Sequence record: CP114870.1
DNA: 32,000 nt
Strand: one strand, 5' to 3'
Positions 10,830-21,331 of this stretch are shown piece after piece (positions within the stretch are counted from its first letter, which is position 1; every line of letters begins with the position of its first letter). The notes under the pieces were generated by a model. It had not been told where the DNA came from. It ran no database searches and worked only from the letters and a program-made list of their open reading frames with translations. Both the position numbers and the translations under genes were made by a program.

Positions 10830-13488
10830 GTAGGGGTCAGTAAATACTGCCCTCAGAACTGTACGTGATACTTTCGCATCATACAGCTCGCACCCGGAAT
10901 ATATTCGAAAATATCATTCAGACTAGTATAAGAAGTTTAGACTTTGTAATCTAAATTTAGATGGATTCTGTAATACCAAAGGTGGATTCCAGAAATTTAT
11001 AATTTTACTACTTAGTGTAATTGCTGATTTCTCTTAGGTCAGCAGCTGACAGTTCACCATTGTGGTACAGGTGATGATGATACGAGCACAAGGGTACTTG
11101 TTTCCTTTGTGTTGCCCCAAATCATTGAGCATATGTAGAATTTCCGGTTCTCATTCGAGCCCGTACATTTTTCACTGATCGTAGATGGTGCATTTCTATT
11201 TGACTAGTTGTACCACAAAGCGCGCAAGTTTTTTCAAATGTGCTCTTAGTTAGCTTAGCTGATCACGTTTCTGAGATGATATCCGTGAATTTAGGTATGT
11301 TATTCTTACTTTTGTAATCATGCCGAACTTTCATTGTATCTGGTCATTTTAATTTTATTTCCGTTTCTGGGTCAGTTAAGAGTTTTCCAAATTTACTGAA
11401 AGCTTGGGCAAAATTTCCTAGTTTATATTTTCTAGCTAAAGTATAAGCACATGACATTTGAAATAAATATAATATGTATCTTAATCTATTGTAGTTAGAC
11501 GCAAATGCATAGAAATTTAATAAACCATTGATTTTGGAGTTATAGAAAGTAATAATCTCATAGTGACTAAGATTCATAATTTGGGTATAAGCTTGAGGAC
11601 TATATTCTCCTAAACTGTTTTGTCTAATAAAACCACTTTTCTTAATTGCTAGTAATAGATTATCTAAAGGAGCTTTGATTAAAAGTCTGGCATGTCCTCT
11701 TCTCTTTGAGTTACGACCTAGAGAATCTTTTATTCGGTGAACAAAAGAGGGATTCGCTTTAAGTTTAACTATTTCCGCTCCTAGGAAGAAAAATTCATTA
11801 TCGCTCATATTAGTTATAAGAGTTTTATCTAAATTTAAATGTAAACCACAGTTTTGTAATAAGAAAGATTTTATTAGGTTTCTACAATAGACAGCCTCAT
11901 CGTGAGACCCTTCTACTAGAATTACAAAATCATCAGCATACCGGATATACATCATTCTCTTGAAGTTAGGATCTTTTTGCAGTCCATATGATATAGATCT
12001 CAATTGGAGTCTTAAAGGCATACGTTCTTCTTCCGGTAATTTATTCATCTGGTGTTGGATTCGATTATATTCCGGATTATGTTTTCTGCTATTACCCTTT
12101 TCGAACTTTACTATAAGGTTTCATACGAAATGATCCAATTCGTCTAAAACAATGTTAGCCAAAATAGGGGTTAGTATCCCTCCTTGAGGCGTTCCAAAGT
12201 CAGAGGAGATATATTTACCGGTCTTTGTTATAGATCCGGCTTTAAGGAATTTAAGAATTAGTTCTAAAAACCGTAAATCACCTATCCTCTTAGATAATCT
12301 CTTCATGATAATCTCATGGGGTATCGTATCAAAACATTTACTAATATCACCTTGTATTACTCAAGTATAATTTCTGCCTTTTAGGTAAAGAGGTAATAAG
12401 GCTGAATGAACAGATCTCCCTGGTCTAAAACCATGACTATTCTCTGAGAATTTAGAATCTCAAATGGCCTCCAGTATAACCTGTAATGCCTTTTGTATGA
12501 TTTTATCTCTAGGTGAACCAACAGACAAAGTTCGAAACTGCCCAGGTTTATTGGGTTTCGGTAATTGAACTTGTCGAGTTGGTGAAAAATAGAATTCTCC
12601 ACTTTTCAATTCTGTAGCGATTCTCTCAAATCATGCAAGATCTATTCCGTCTAGAGTTTCATCATTTGTACCCGGTGACATATTTGCGGCTTTACCCTTA
12701 ATCATCAGATAGCAACTAACTAAGAAATTAGTATCAGTGTAAAATTTATCTAAGTTATAAATCTTCTGGTGACTCTTCTGAAGTTCGTTAATCTTAATCT
12801 GTAACTCAGTTTGGAAAGCAATACGTGAAAGGGCTTCTGAAACCTTTGCTTTCTTAGGAGAAAATTTAGGATCCTTAGGCTTGTTCTCCCGTTTAGCTTT
12901 TTTTGACTCCAAATCTGGATTCTTTTTAGATGAACTATTCCGGCTAGGACCCTTCGCTCTTATAACTGAGCTACTTAGTTCCCTCCGTGTTCGCGGTTGA
13001 GAGATTGCTCCCTCCCCTAAGCGATTTGTTCCCCAATTTGCGTATACGAGATGTTTATAGTCCTTATTTCCGTAGATGCTTGCGCACATTACCAATGTTA
13101 GTGATAACATAGATAAATTACTATCCTGTAACGCCGTCGAACTCTCTGACAACATCTCACCTATCGGTCCTTGTGAAATGCAATGTTCGAACACTACCAT
13201 ACTATTCTGCTTTACCCATAAGGGAAGATAGTGCCACTGGAAAAGATTGCAGCTGTACGTGACAAGTTCGTAAACCTCATCATAGAAATTCCTACTAATA
13301 CCGTCCACTAGAAAGGGCAGCCATTCCTTTACGGTACATTGCATGATTGCTATCCGACTATAGAATTTATTAGCCTTTATAACCGTATCATACTGTAGTA
13401 TGTATATTAATATAGCAATATTAGATGTCAGATATACATAAGGGCTCGGACTTTGAGCTCAGTACCCGTATAGCTTTAGAGGGCGCAC
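10830..13488 (-). mobile_element. cob intron 1, group II intron (2659 nt)
   Basis: The 5' end is GTGCGCC (RC of 13482-13488). Domain V is GAGCTGTATGATGCGAAAGTATCACGTACAGTTC (RC of 10856-10889), with the AGC triad and a GAAA loop. A domain VI-like hairpin GGGCAG...CTGACCC follows, and the intron ends in ...CTAC. Confidence 0.92.
11008..13488 (-). CDS. group II intron reverse transcriptase / maturase / HNH endonuclease, in frame with cob exon 1 (827 codons with TGA = Trp)
   Basis: RT blocks: [36 protein letters not shown](TGA)[36 protein letters not shown], and [15 protein letters not shown] (YADD). A maturase-like X region follows, then a C-terminal CALCG...HHL...[11 protein letters not shown] zinc/HNH-like module. 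Eight in-frame TGA codons and no frameshift. The stop is TAG at 11008-11010. Confidence 0.9.
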
Positions 13489-13587
13489 ACCGAAGTTCCA
13501 TAAATAACTAATATTAGCAGGTTGAGGTGAATCAACTACATAAGAATTTAACAATCTAAGCAACACATGTGTTTTTAATATTCTCAT
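13489..13587 (-). CDS. cob: apocytochrome b, exon 1 (33 codons)
   Basis: ATG at 13585-13587. The sequence reads [33 protein letters not shown], followed directly by GTGCG. Confidence 0.92.
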
Positions 13588-13827
13588 TTATTTTAAAAAT
13601 TTTTTATTATTTTTTATTTTATTTATTTAATAATTAAATTTGTTTTTAAAGAGATAGATATTTAAACAAAAATTTTTTTTATTTGTTTTATTTATTTATT
13701 TAGGTTAAATAAAAAATAATTTTAATTTATTTTTTAAATTTTAAATTTAATTTAAATTTTAATAAAAATTAAAATTATTATTATTATTATTATTTTTATT
13801 TTTATTTATTATTTGTTTTTTATATAA

Positions 13828-14386
13828 CCATGATAATATATCACAATTTTAAGAAGTTTTATTTATTTTTTATTATTTATTTATTTAATTAAATTTAATA
13901 TTTTTATTTTTTTTTTTTATTTTATTTATTTGATTAAATTATTTTTATTTATATTGTGATATATTTTTGTTTTTCTTTTTGTTTTTTTTTAATTTATGTA
14001 TTTGTTTTATATAAATAATAAAGTAATAGAATTAAAATTTTTTATTAATAATATAATAATATTGACACTATAACAATATTGAACTCATTATTTCTTTTTT
14101 TAAATTTTTATTAATTTTTATTTATTTATTGTTATTTATTTTACTTAATTATTTTTATTATTGTTTTTGTTTTTATTTATGTTTGTCTATTATTTAATTT
14201 TTGTTTTTATTAAATTATATTTTTTTTAATTTTGGTTTTTGTTTTTATTATTTATTATTTATTATTTATTATTTATTTTTTTTTTTTAATAAATTTATTT
14301 TTATTAATTGTTATTTAAGCCCAAGAAGATTTGAACTTCTATTGATTCCTAACCAAGAAATAATTCTACCATTAAATCATAGGCTT
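13828..14386. repeat. spacer repeat unit A (box 1 at 13828-13864, box 3 at 14063-14081, tRNA at 14316-14386)
   Basis: Box 1, CCATGATAATATATCACAATTTTAAGAAGTTTTATTT, is identical at 15179-15215. Box 3, TGACACTATAACAATATTG, is also at 15352-15370 and 22909-22927. Confidence 0.8.
14316..14386 (-). tRNA. trnI-derived tRNA paralog with anticodon loop TTGGTTA (formal anticodon GGU, Thr?, with U37); function uncertain
   Basis: AAGCCTA TG ATTT AATGGTA GAAT T ATTTC TTGGTTA GGAAT CAAT AGAAG TTCAAAT CTTCT TGGGCTT A. The cloverleaf is complete. It differs from trnI(GAU) at 5 of 71 positions, two of them in the anticodon loop. Confidence 0.55.
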
Positions 14387-15141
14387 TCTTTGATTTAAGG
14401 ATATTATATTTAATTTGTTTAGGATTACTTAACTTCTTTTAAAAATAAAGCTTTCTTTTAATTTATAGCTTAATTTTTGTAAAAATATAAAATAAATAAA
14501 GATTAAAATAAATATGGAATTAAAATAGTTAAAAATATAACTAAATTATTATAGAAGTATATAAAAAATAATAAATAAAATAATATTGTTAATAAAAAAT
14601 AAAAAAATAAAAATATAAATATGATAAAAATTGTTAAATGATTTGATTAGAATTTACTATTTATTCATTGATATGATATGAAGATTTAAAAATATCTTAT
14701 TAGTGAGGGTGGATCTAATGTTAAATTATTAGCTACACTACTCGTTATGAATCTATTGATATATATATTACATTCGTTTTAGTTATTTCTGAGTTATTAG
14801 ATAATAAACAGATCTTAAAAGCCATCTTCTATTTTATAATGACTAATATGAAGTTTTTAATTTTTCATATTATTGTTATTAATCATCGAAAATTAGGATC
14901 TGATTTTAATGTTGATAAGAAGTTATAAAGCTATAAAAACAATATCCCCTGTGTCTCCATTAGATTTTGCATCTGATTAGATTAGTACTACTATTAGTAG
15001 TTGTACTTTTTGTTGTTCTTATCACTCTTTTATTTATTTTTCTTTTTTCGTTGTTTATTTATTTTATTTATTTAAGAAAGTGATAGTTCCTGCCGCCCCC
15101 TTCCAAATATATTATAAATATAAAATATTGATAGGGATTTA

Positions 15142-15176
<35 letters not shown>

Positions 15177-15178
15177 GA

Positions 15179-15460
15179 CCATGATAATATATCACAATTT
15201 TAAGAAGTTTTATTTTATTAAAAATTTTATTTATATTTATTTATATATTAAATTGATTTATTTATTTTTATATGCTATATTTTTTTATATAATAAAAATA
15301 AAGTAACGGATTTAGTTTTAATTTATTATTTTTATTATTTTAATTTTTTTCTGACACTATAACAATATTGGAATTATTTTATTTAAGCCCAAGAAGATTT
15401 GAACTTCTACAGATTCCTCATCAAGAAATAATTCTACCATTAAATTATAGGCTTTAATTT
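15179..15460. repeat. spacer repeat unit B (box 1, box 3 and trnI); its last 118 bp (15343-15460) are identical to 22900-23017
   Basis: Alignment by eye with unit A and unit C. Confidence 0.8.
15384..15454 (-). tRNA. trnI: tRNA-Ile (anticodon GAU)
   Basis: AAGCCTA TA ATTT AATGGTA GAAT T ATTTC TTGATGA GGAAT CTGT AGAAG TTCAAAT CTTCT TGGGCTT A. All four stems pair, with U33 and G37. Confidence 0.85.
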
Positions 15461-15983
15461 GATTTATTAATTTTATTTTGTTTGTTGTTTTTTGTTTTGT
15501 TTTTTTGTTTTGTTTTTTTGTTTTTTTTTATTTTTATTTTTTTTACTTAACATTCTTTTAAGTAAAATAAAGCTAGTTTTTTTAGATTAAAAGATAAAAT
15601 ATAAAATTAATTTGCTTTAAAAATAAAACCTTAAATTAAAATATACTTATATTAAAAAAATTTTTAAAGTTTATTTTATTATCTAACCAGGTAGATATCT
15701 ATAAGATTTAGATCTTCCTATAAAATAAATTAAATGTCAGCTTTGTTATTTCCATTATTTTCATTTTTATTATAAAAGATAAAAGGAATTAATAAATCTT
15801 ATTAAAATAGGTAAAAACAAAACCAAAAAAATTAATTATATATTTAGCTAAAATTTTACTTATATTTAAAAAGCTAAAACTAAAAAAAAAATATTTTATT
15901 CTTTATTCTTATTTATATTTAATAAATAAATTTTCAAATTTAACTATAATTAGGGGTTAATATTATATTTGAATATATAAAAT

Positions 15984-16703
15984 TTAATAAGGTGAAATAT
16001 CAAAAGCTATTAAAATACTTGGAACAAGTATAATAAAGGCTACAGCTACTGGTAATAGATTTAGCCAACACAAAGAGATTAATTGATCATATCTTAATCG
16101 AGGTAAAGTAGCTCTAAACCATACAAAGAAAAAACAAAAGATACAAGTTTTCAAACCTAATATAATAGCTTGAATATTTAAGAAAGAATCATTTACAAAT
16201 AATTCTGGAAAATTATATCCACCAAGGAATAAAATAGCAGTTAAACAACTGAATAATACAATAGATGAATATTCACCTAAAAAGAAGAAAACAAAAGGTA
16301 CTGAAGAATGTTCAGTGAAAAATCCTGCTACTAATTCTGATTCAGCCTCTTGTAAATCAAATGGTGTTCTTGAGGTTTCTGCTAAAATAGATATAAAATA
16401 GAATATAAAAACAGGAAATAATGGTATAATAAACCAAATTGCTTGTTGAATTTCTACTATAGTTGTGAAATTTAAGGATCCTGTTAATAAAATAATTATA
16501 AGTATAGCTGAACTTAAAATTAACTCATAAGAAATCATAGCTGCAGTAGATCTAAGTGAACCTAAAAAAGCATATTTAGAATTGGCGGACCAACCTGCTA
16601 ATAATACTCCATACACACCTAAAGAAGATAATGCAAATGTGTATAAAATTCCTAATGAAAAATCAGATATAGCTAACCCTTGTCCAAATGGTATAATACC
16701 CCA
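15984..16703 (-). CDS. nad1: NADH dehydrogenase subunit 1, exon 3 (terminal; 239 codons plus stop)
   Basis: WGIIPFGQGLAISDFSLGILYTFALSSLGVYGVLLAGWSANSKYAFLGSLRSTAAMISYELIL...FTEHSSVPFVFFFLGEYSSIVL...WFRATLPRLRYDQLISLCWLNLLP. It is preceded by an intron-terminal G (16704). Confidence 0.9.
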   Translation of the reverse strand, partial: WGIIPFGQGLAISDFSLGILYTFALSSLGVYGVLLAGWSANSKYAFLGSLRSTAAMISYELILSSAILIIILLTGSLNFTTIVEIQQAIWFIIPLFPVFIFYFISILAETSRTPFDLQEAESELVAGFFTEHSSVPFVFFFLGEYSSIVLFSCLTAILFLGGYNFPELFVNDSFLNIQAIILGLKTCIFCFFFVWFRATLPRLRYDQLISLCWLNLLPVAVAFIILVPSILIAFDISPY

Positions 16704-18385
16704 CAAAAATAAATTTAGTTGTTTATTTTAATAACATAGAATCAAATTTATTTACAGATACTAAATATCTAAGTTAAGATTTGTAAAGTTAAATAGTTGT
16801 CTAGTGGATTTGAATTATAAGAAAGAAATAAACAAATACAAAAACAACAAAAATAAAACAAAAAAGCCATTTATTTTTATTCTACTTTATATTGCATTGA
16901 AGGATTTATATGAAATTGTATTTGTGAATTCAATTTAAGAAGGAGTTAAGGATTTTATTTGTTTATACAAATTATAATATAAATCAATCTTAAATTTGTC
17001 TGGTCTGTTTTTTTTTTAGAATTGATTAATCCAAAAAGAAAAAAACAAAAACAAAAAAATTAATAAATTTTATTAGTTGTTTAGAAAAAATTTAATCGTG
17101 AGAGAACCTATACTTTTATTTAGTATAAATTTACTAAAACCACTATCTTGATTAAGATTATTATTATGATTATAATTTTTATTTTTATTTTTATTTTTAT
17201 TATAATTTTGATTGTTATTATGATTATTATTATTATTATGATAATGAATTATGATTATGATTATCATTATAATTATGTTTATGATTAAGATTTTGATTTA
17301 TCTTCAAAAATACAATACAATAATATAAATAACAGCGGTTAATTTCATATAGCAATCTTCAAATACAAAATTTATATACTTTGTTTATATTAAAATATAA
17401 AATCTACCATTTTTCAATTGAAAATAGAGTCTTTCAAAGTAGAAAAATGAATATCAATATTCTGATGCTGAACATTTACTTAAATTATTAAATTATCTTG
17501 AAATAAACTTAGATTCAGTTTTTACAAAAATATTTAAATTAAAAATAGAAATATAAATATAAAATTAAATCTTTATTTATTATAGACATATAAAATTGTA
17601 ATAGACTCTTCCCAGTGAATATTCTTTGGTTACGCATTTAAATTTACTAATTATTCAATAAAATATAAGTTTATTTTATTTATTGTTATTTATTTTTATT
17701 ATTTTTTATTTAATTTATTTTATTGTTATTTTTATTTATTTTTATTTATTATTTTATATTATTTTATTTTATTTTATTTTATTTTATTTTATTTTATTTT
17801 ATTTTATTTTATTTTATTTTATTTTATTTTATTTTATTTTATTTTATTTTATTTTTATTTTTTAAATTTTAATTTTACTCAGATCTGTAAGTTCTGTATT
17901 TAAGATACTATTCTTCTATTTGTCTATCTTTACAGCGGCACAACTTAAAAAAAAAATCTTTAAGATCGCATGAATAAAGAAATTGATATAGTGTTATAAA
18001 AATATCCATCTATATATTATATAAATTTGGACTATATCTTTAATATAATAATAATAATAAAAATAGATATAGAGTATTAGCAAAAAATATATCCATATCC
18101 TATTATTAATTTATTATTTCACGTATAGTCTCTGAGGAACCTACTTTAATTGTAAATTGTAATTTATTTTAATTTTAATTGTTATTTTAATTGTAATTTG
18201 TAATTATAATTTGTAATTTGTAATTATAATTATAATTTATTTTTAATTCTTTGGTTTCCTGCTGATTATTCATTGTTACATACTTGAAATTGTCACTACC
18301 CTCTTCATCAAATAAAAATAGGAGTATTCAAGTCTTTAGAATTTTCCAGCATATAGTGAAATTTTAATTAAGCTGGGATTACTCA
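16704..18385 (-). mobile_element. nad1 intron 2, group I (IB-like), ORF-less and full of microsatellites
   Basis: R element CCTCAGAGACTATACG (RC of 18122-18137) and a perfect S element AAGATATAGTCC (RC of 18039-18050). The core is near-identical to cob intron 6. Confidence 0.75.
17755..17848. repeat. (TTTTA)n pentanucleotide repeat, about 18 units
   Basis: Direct reading. It generates the spurious ORF 17683-17865. Confidence 0.9.
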
Positions 18386-18517
18386 ACCTAATAAACTGAA
18401 AACTAATGTAGAAACAGGAGCTAAATAAAATAATATTTTATTTGATTGAGAAGGAATTATAGTCTCCTTAAGGATTAACTTTAGAGCATCAGCAAATGGT
18501 TGTAAAACACCATAGTA
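18386..18517 (-). CDS. nad1: NADH dehydrogenase subunit 1, exon 2 (44 codons)
   Basis: YYGVLQPFADALKLILKETIIPSQSNKILFYLAPVSTLVFSLLG. It is preceded by an intron-terminal G (18518) and ends in GGT. Confidence 0.85.
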
Positions 18518-20438
18518 CGAATATTTCTTCCTTTTGCCATTTACTGTTTGGAGTAATACAGGCAGAGTTAGAAGACTTTCTCCCTAAATAGTTCATATGT
18601 AACTATCCCTTTATATTACAATAATAAATATTATAAAATTTTATTCTTTCGAATAGGGTCTGACTATATCTTAAGCAATATAATTATTGCCAACCACCTT
18701 TTAGTCGATGAACAGCATACCATATAATACAAATATAATTAAATTAATTATTATGATACTTGGCTGCGGATTTCCTATTTCCTTTCGTACATCTATTTCG
18801 ATTTTACTATACCCCGAGTCATTACCTGAGCCATAAATATATTACTATATTTATTTAGTTGAAATAGCTTTAAGGGTTTCCCGCAAGTTGACGGTTTATA
18901 GCAGAAGGTTCACTTCCACTTATAGGCTAAAGAAGGTTTCTCAAACCTTCCTGATAATTTAAAAAAGATAAAGTCAAATTAATTTAAAGTTTTTTTTTGC
19001 TTGCTATAAAAAAAAAGATGATTGTAAGATTTATTAGTATCTAAATATTTAGTAATGGTTTTATGGCTAATTTTGAACTCTTTAGCAGTTATATATTTAG
19101 AATTAAAGGTAGGTTGATTATTAATTATTAAAACTAATTTGTTATTAATTTGTTTATAAATCCATAATTTAACAGTTTCATTTTTAATTTTTTCTGCTTT
19201 AATACCTTTAATATCTTCTAATGTCAATTTTTTAGAATAAAATAAAACTAAATTATGATTTTTTAAAGTAGCTTTATTTGTATCTAAATGTTTTAAATTT
19301 GATCTAAAATCTATATTAAAATGGTCAGCAGCTTTTTGCATACTATTAAATGTACCGTAATTTGACTCTAAATTATTAGCAACATAGACCAAAACCTCAC
19401 AATTATTAGTTTTTCTTAAACTAGACATTTCAATAAGTTTTATTTTTCAATTTTATTTAACTCTTTACTAAACAAATAATAACCATTAATACCACCTTTG
19501 AACCACTTATCTATATGGTATATAAAAGTTTCTTGTTTGATTTAAGAATCTAGCTGCTGCTTCCTTTGAATCAAATTGTAACATATCACCACTGACGCTA
19601 GAAACTAATACTTTTTTAGTAAAAGATCTCTTAAGATCTAATCCTTTTTTAGCTTTACATAATAAATTATTAATTAAATAAAAATCATGTAAAACTTCAG
19701 TGTAAAATAAAAGATTTTTTTTTTTAATAAGGAAGATGTGTATTTATATATCTTTTTATAGTATCTCTAGCTACATTAATTTCTTTACTTAGAGTATTAA
19801 TACTATCATACTTAATAACATTTTTACTTCTTTGATCATAATTATATGTATAAACATATATTGATATACCAAAATATTTATTGTCATATTCTAAAAATTT
19901 ATGTTTGGCTTTAAATTTACTATATAAAGTTTCATCAAATATATTTGATAATCACTAAATTTACTTTTAAATACAGTATTTAATTTAATAAAGGTAAATA
20001 CTTTTCTTTAAAAAATTTTTTACTCTTTCTGTTTGAGTATTAAGATCACAAACCTCAACAATAGATAATTTATCCCGACCTACCAAATTAGCAAATAAAT
20101 GAAATTTATCTTTAACTCTTGTTTTTAAATGAATATTTAATCTTTTTTTTTTTAAGTTTTAGCTCTTCCTATATAAAAATACTTAGATCATCTTTAAATT
20201 GAATTAAATTCCTCCTTTGTCCATAAAATTATTAAAGAACAAAGCTCTTTTTTCAGTAGAAGTTGTATTATAACAAGTTTCAAGAATCTTTGAGTTAAAT
20301 AATTTAACGGGCGTTAGTCTATTTTTATATAAAATACTAATAATATCTTTATTGTCATCAGAGGAACTATGCAAAATCTTTTAGTTTGAAAAAAACAAAA
20401 AATTTTTTTGTTTTTTTTTTTAAATTATTGTTTTTTAT
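18518..20438 (-). mobile_element. nad1 intron 1, group I
   Basis: Q element AATCCGCAGC (RC of 18763-18772), an R-like GTTCATCGACTAAAAGG (about 18690-18710), and an S element AAGATATAGTC (RC of 18662-18672). Confidence 0.8.
18979..20330 (-). pseudogene. degenerating GIY-YIG homing endonuclease gene in nad1 intron 1 (N-terminal catalytic half broken; the C-terminal 149-codon ORF 18979-19428 is still open)
   Basis: The N-terminal region reads ...LIQFKDDLSIF / LYRKS*NLKKKRLNIHLKTRVKDKFHLFANLVGRDKLSIVEVCDLNTQTERVKNFL. This is a GIY-YIG-like layout, with a stop inside the YIG motif and frame changes. The open C-terminal ORF has two IENR/NUMOD-like repeats (FNSMQKAADHFNIDFRSNLKHL and YITAKEFKISHKTITKYL). 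Confidence 0.6.
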
Positions 20439-20603
20439 ACCTACAGTATTAGGCCCTACTCTTCTTTGATGAGCAGCTAATTGTTTTCTTTCTATAATAG
20501 TCATAAAAGCTATAGCCAGAATAACAGGTAACATAACACTTAATACATCTATTAAATTAAGAAGTATACTTATTATTGTTAACATAAAATTATTAGTTAT
20601 CAT
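20439..20603 (-). CDS. nad1: NADH dehydrogenase subunit 1, exon 1 (55 codons)
   Basis: MITNNFMLTIISILLNLIDVLSVMLPVILAIAFMTIIERKQLAAHQRRVGPNTVG. The ATG is at 20601-20603 and the exon ends in GGT. Confidence 0.88.
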
Positions 20604-21283
20604 TTTATTATTTTTTTATTTTTATATTATTTCTCATTAGATTTAAAAAAGATAAAACTTTTTTTATATAAATATTAATGAAATCACTGTATTTTTATAT
20701 ACAGCCAAGAGAAAAAATCAAGTTATTATTCTATAAAGAATTACAAATATAATAATAAAGGATGGGGGATTGTATAAATTTAGAATTATATAATTACTTT
20801 AATTAAAATTATAGCTAATAAAGGGTATACCAGAAAAATTTTTACCAACCATTACCTTATGAAATCTAGATATTTTAATTTTTTATTTTTTTTTTTTAAT
20901 ATATTGATTCAATTAATTCATGATTAAAAATTGATAAAACCTAATTATTTTTGTTTTTTTTTTGTTTTTTACATTTGGTGGACTAACCATTTTTATTTTT
21001 TTTTTTCCCCTATCTTATTCCCCTGATAGAATTAGAAATAGAGAAACAAATACAAAAAATTTTTTGTTTTTTTGTTTTTGTTTTTATCTTAGACTAAGAA
21101 TATAGTTATATTTGACTTTTGATTTAACTTTGTTTAGGGTGTCTATTTATATCTCTAATTTTTATTTATATTTAATATATCTATTATCCTTATCGTATAG
21201 GATATATTTATCTTTTTCAATTAAACTATATTAATTTACCTTTAAATTAAAAAAAAGCAAAATTTTCTTTTTATTATTAATAT

Positions 21284-21331
<48 letters not shown>

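Noticed and set aside
12381-12602. A 73-aa minus-strand ORF inside the group II intron.
   Set aside because: It is in the wrong frame. The RT frame, with conserved RT blocks, runs through the same interval once TGA is read as Trp.
11008-13344. A reading of the group II RT as a pseudogene, because the ORF track splits it into fragments.
   Set aside because: All breaks are TGA codons in a single continuous frame, and one sits at a conserved Trp. There are no frameshifts. Table 4 decoding restores an 827-codon ORF with all the expected domains.
14201-14398. A 65-aa plus-strand ORF (Phe/Ile/Tyr-rich).
   Set aside because: It is a product of T-rich low-complexity spacer, and its 3' part is antisense to a tRNA gene.
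17073-17267. A 64-aa poly-Asn/Lys/His ORF. Similar low-complexity ORFs lie at 17683-17865 and 23991-24185.
   Set aside because: They are created entirely by microsatellites ((AAAAAT)n, (ATT)n, (TTTTA)n and A/C runs) and have no domain content.
18372-18385. A possible extension of nad1 exon 2 by W(TGA)-V-I-P-A, which resembles the start of exon 3 (WGIIPF).
   Set aside because: Extending the exon would make it end in A and would drop a residue from the conserved W-x-(V/I)-I-P-F spacing. Ending at GGT (18386) and resuming at TGG (16703) satisfies the T/G splice rule and the conserved length. The resemblance is noted but unexplained.
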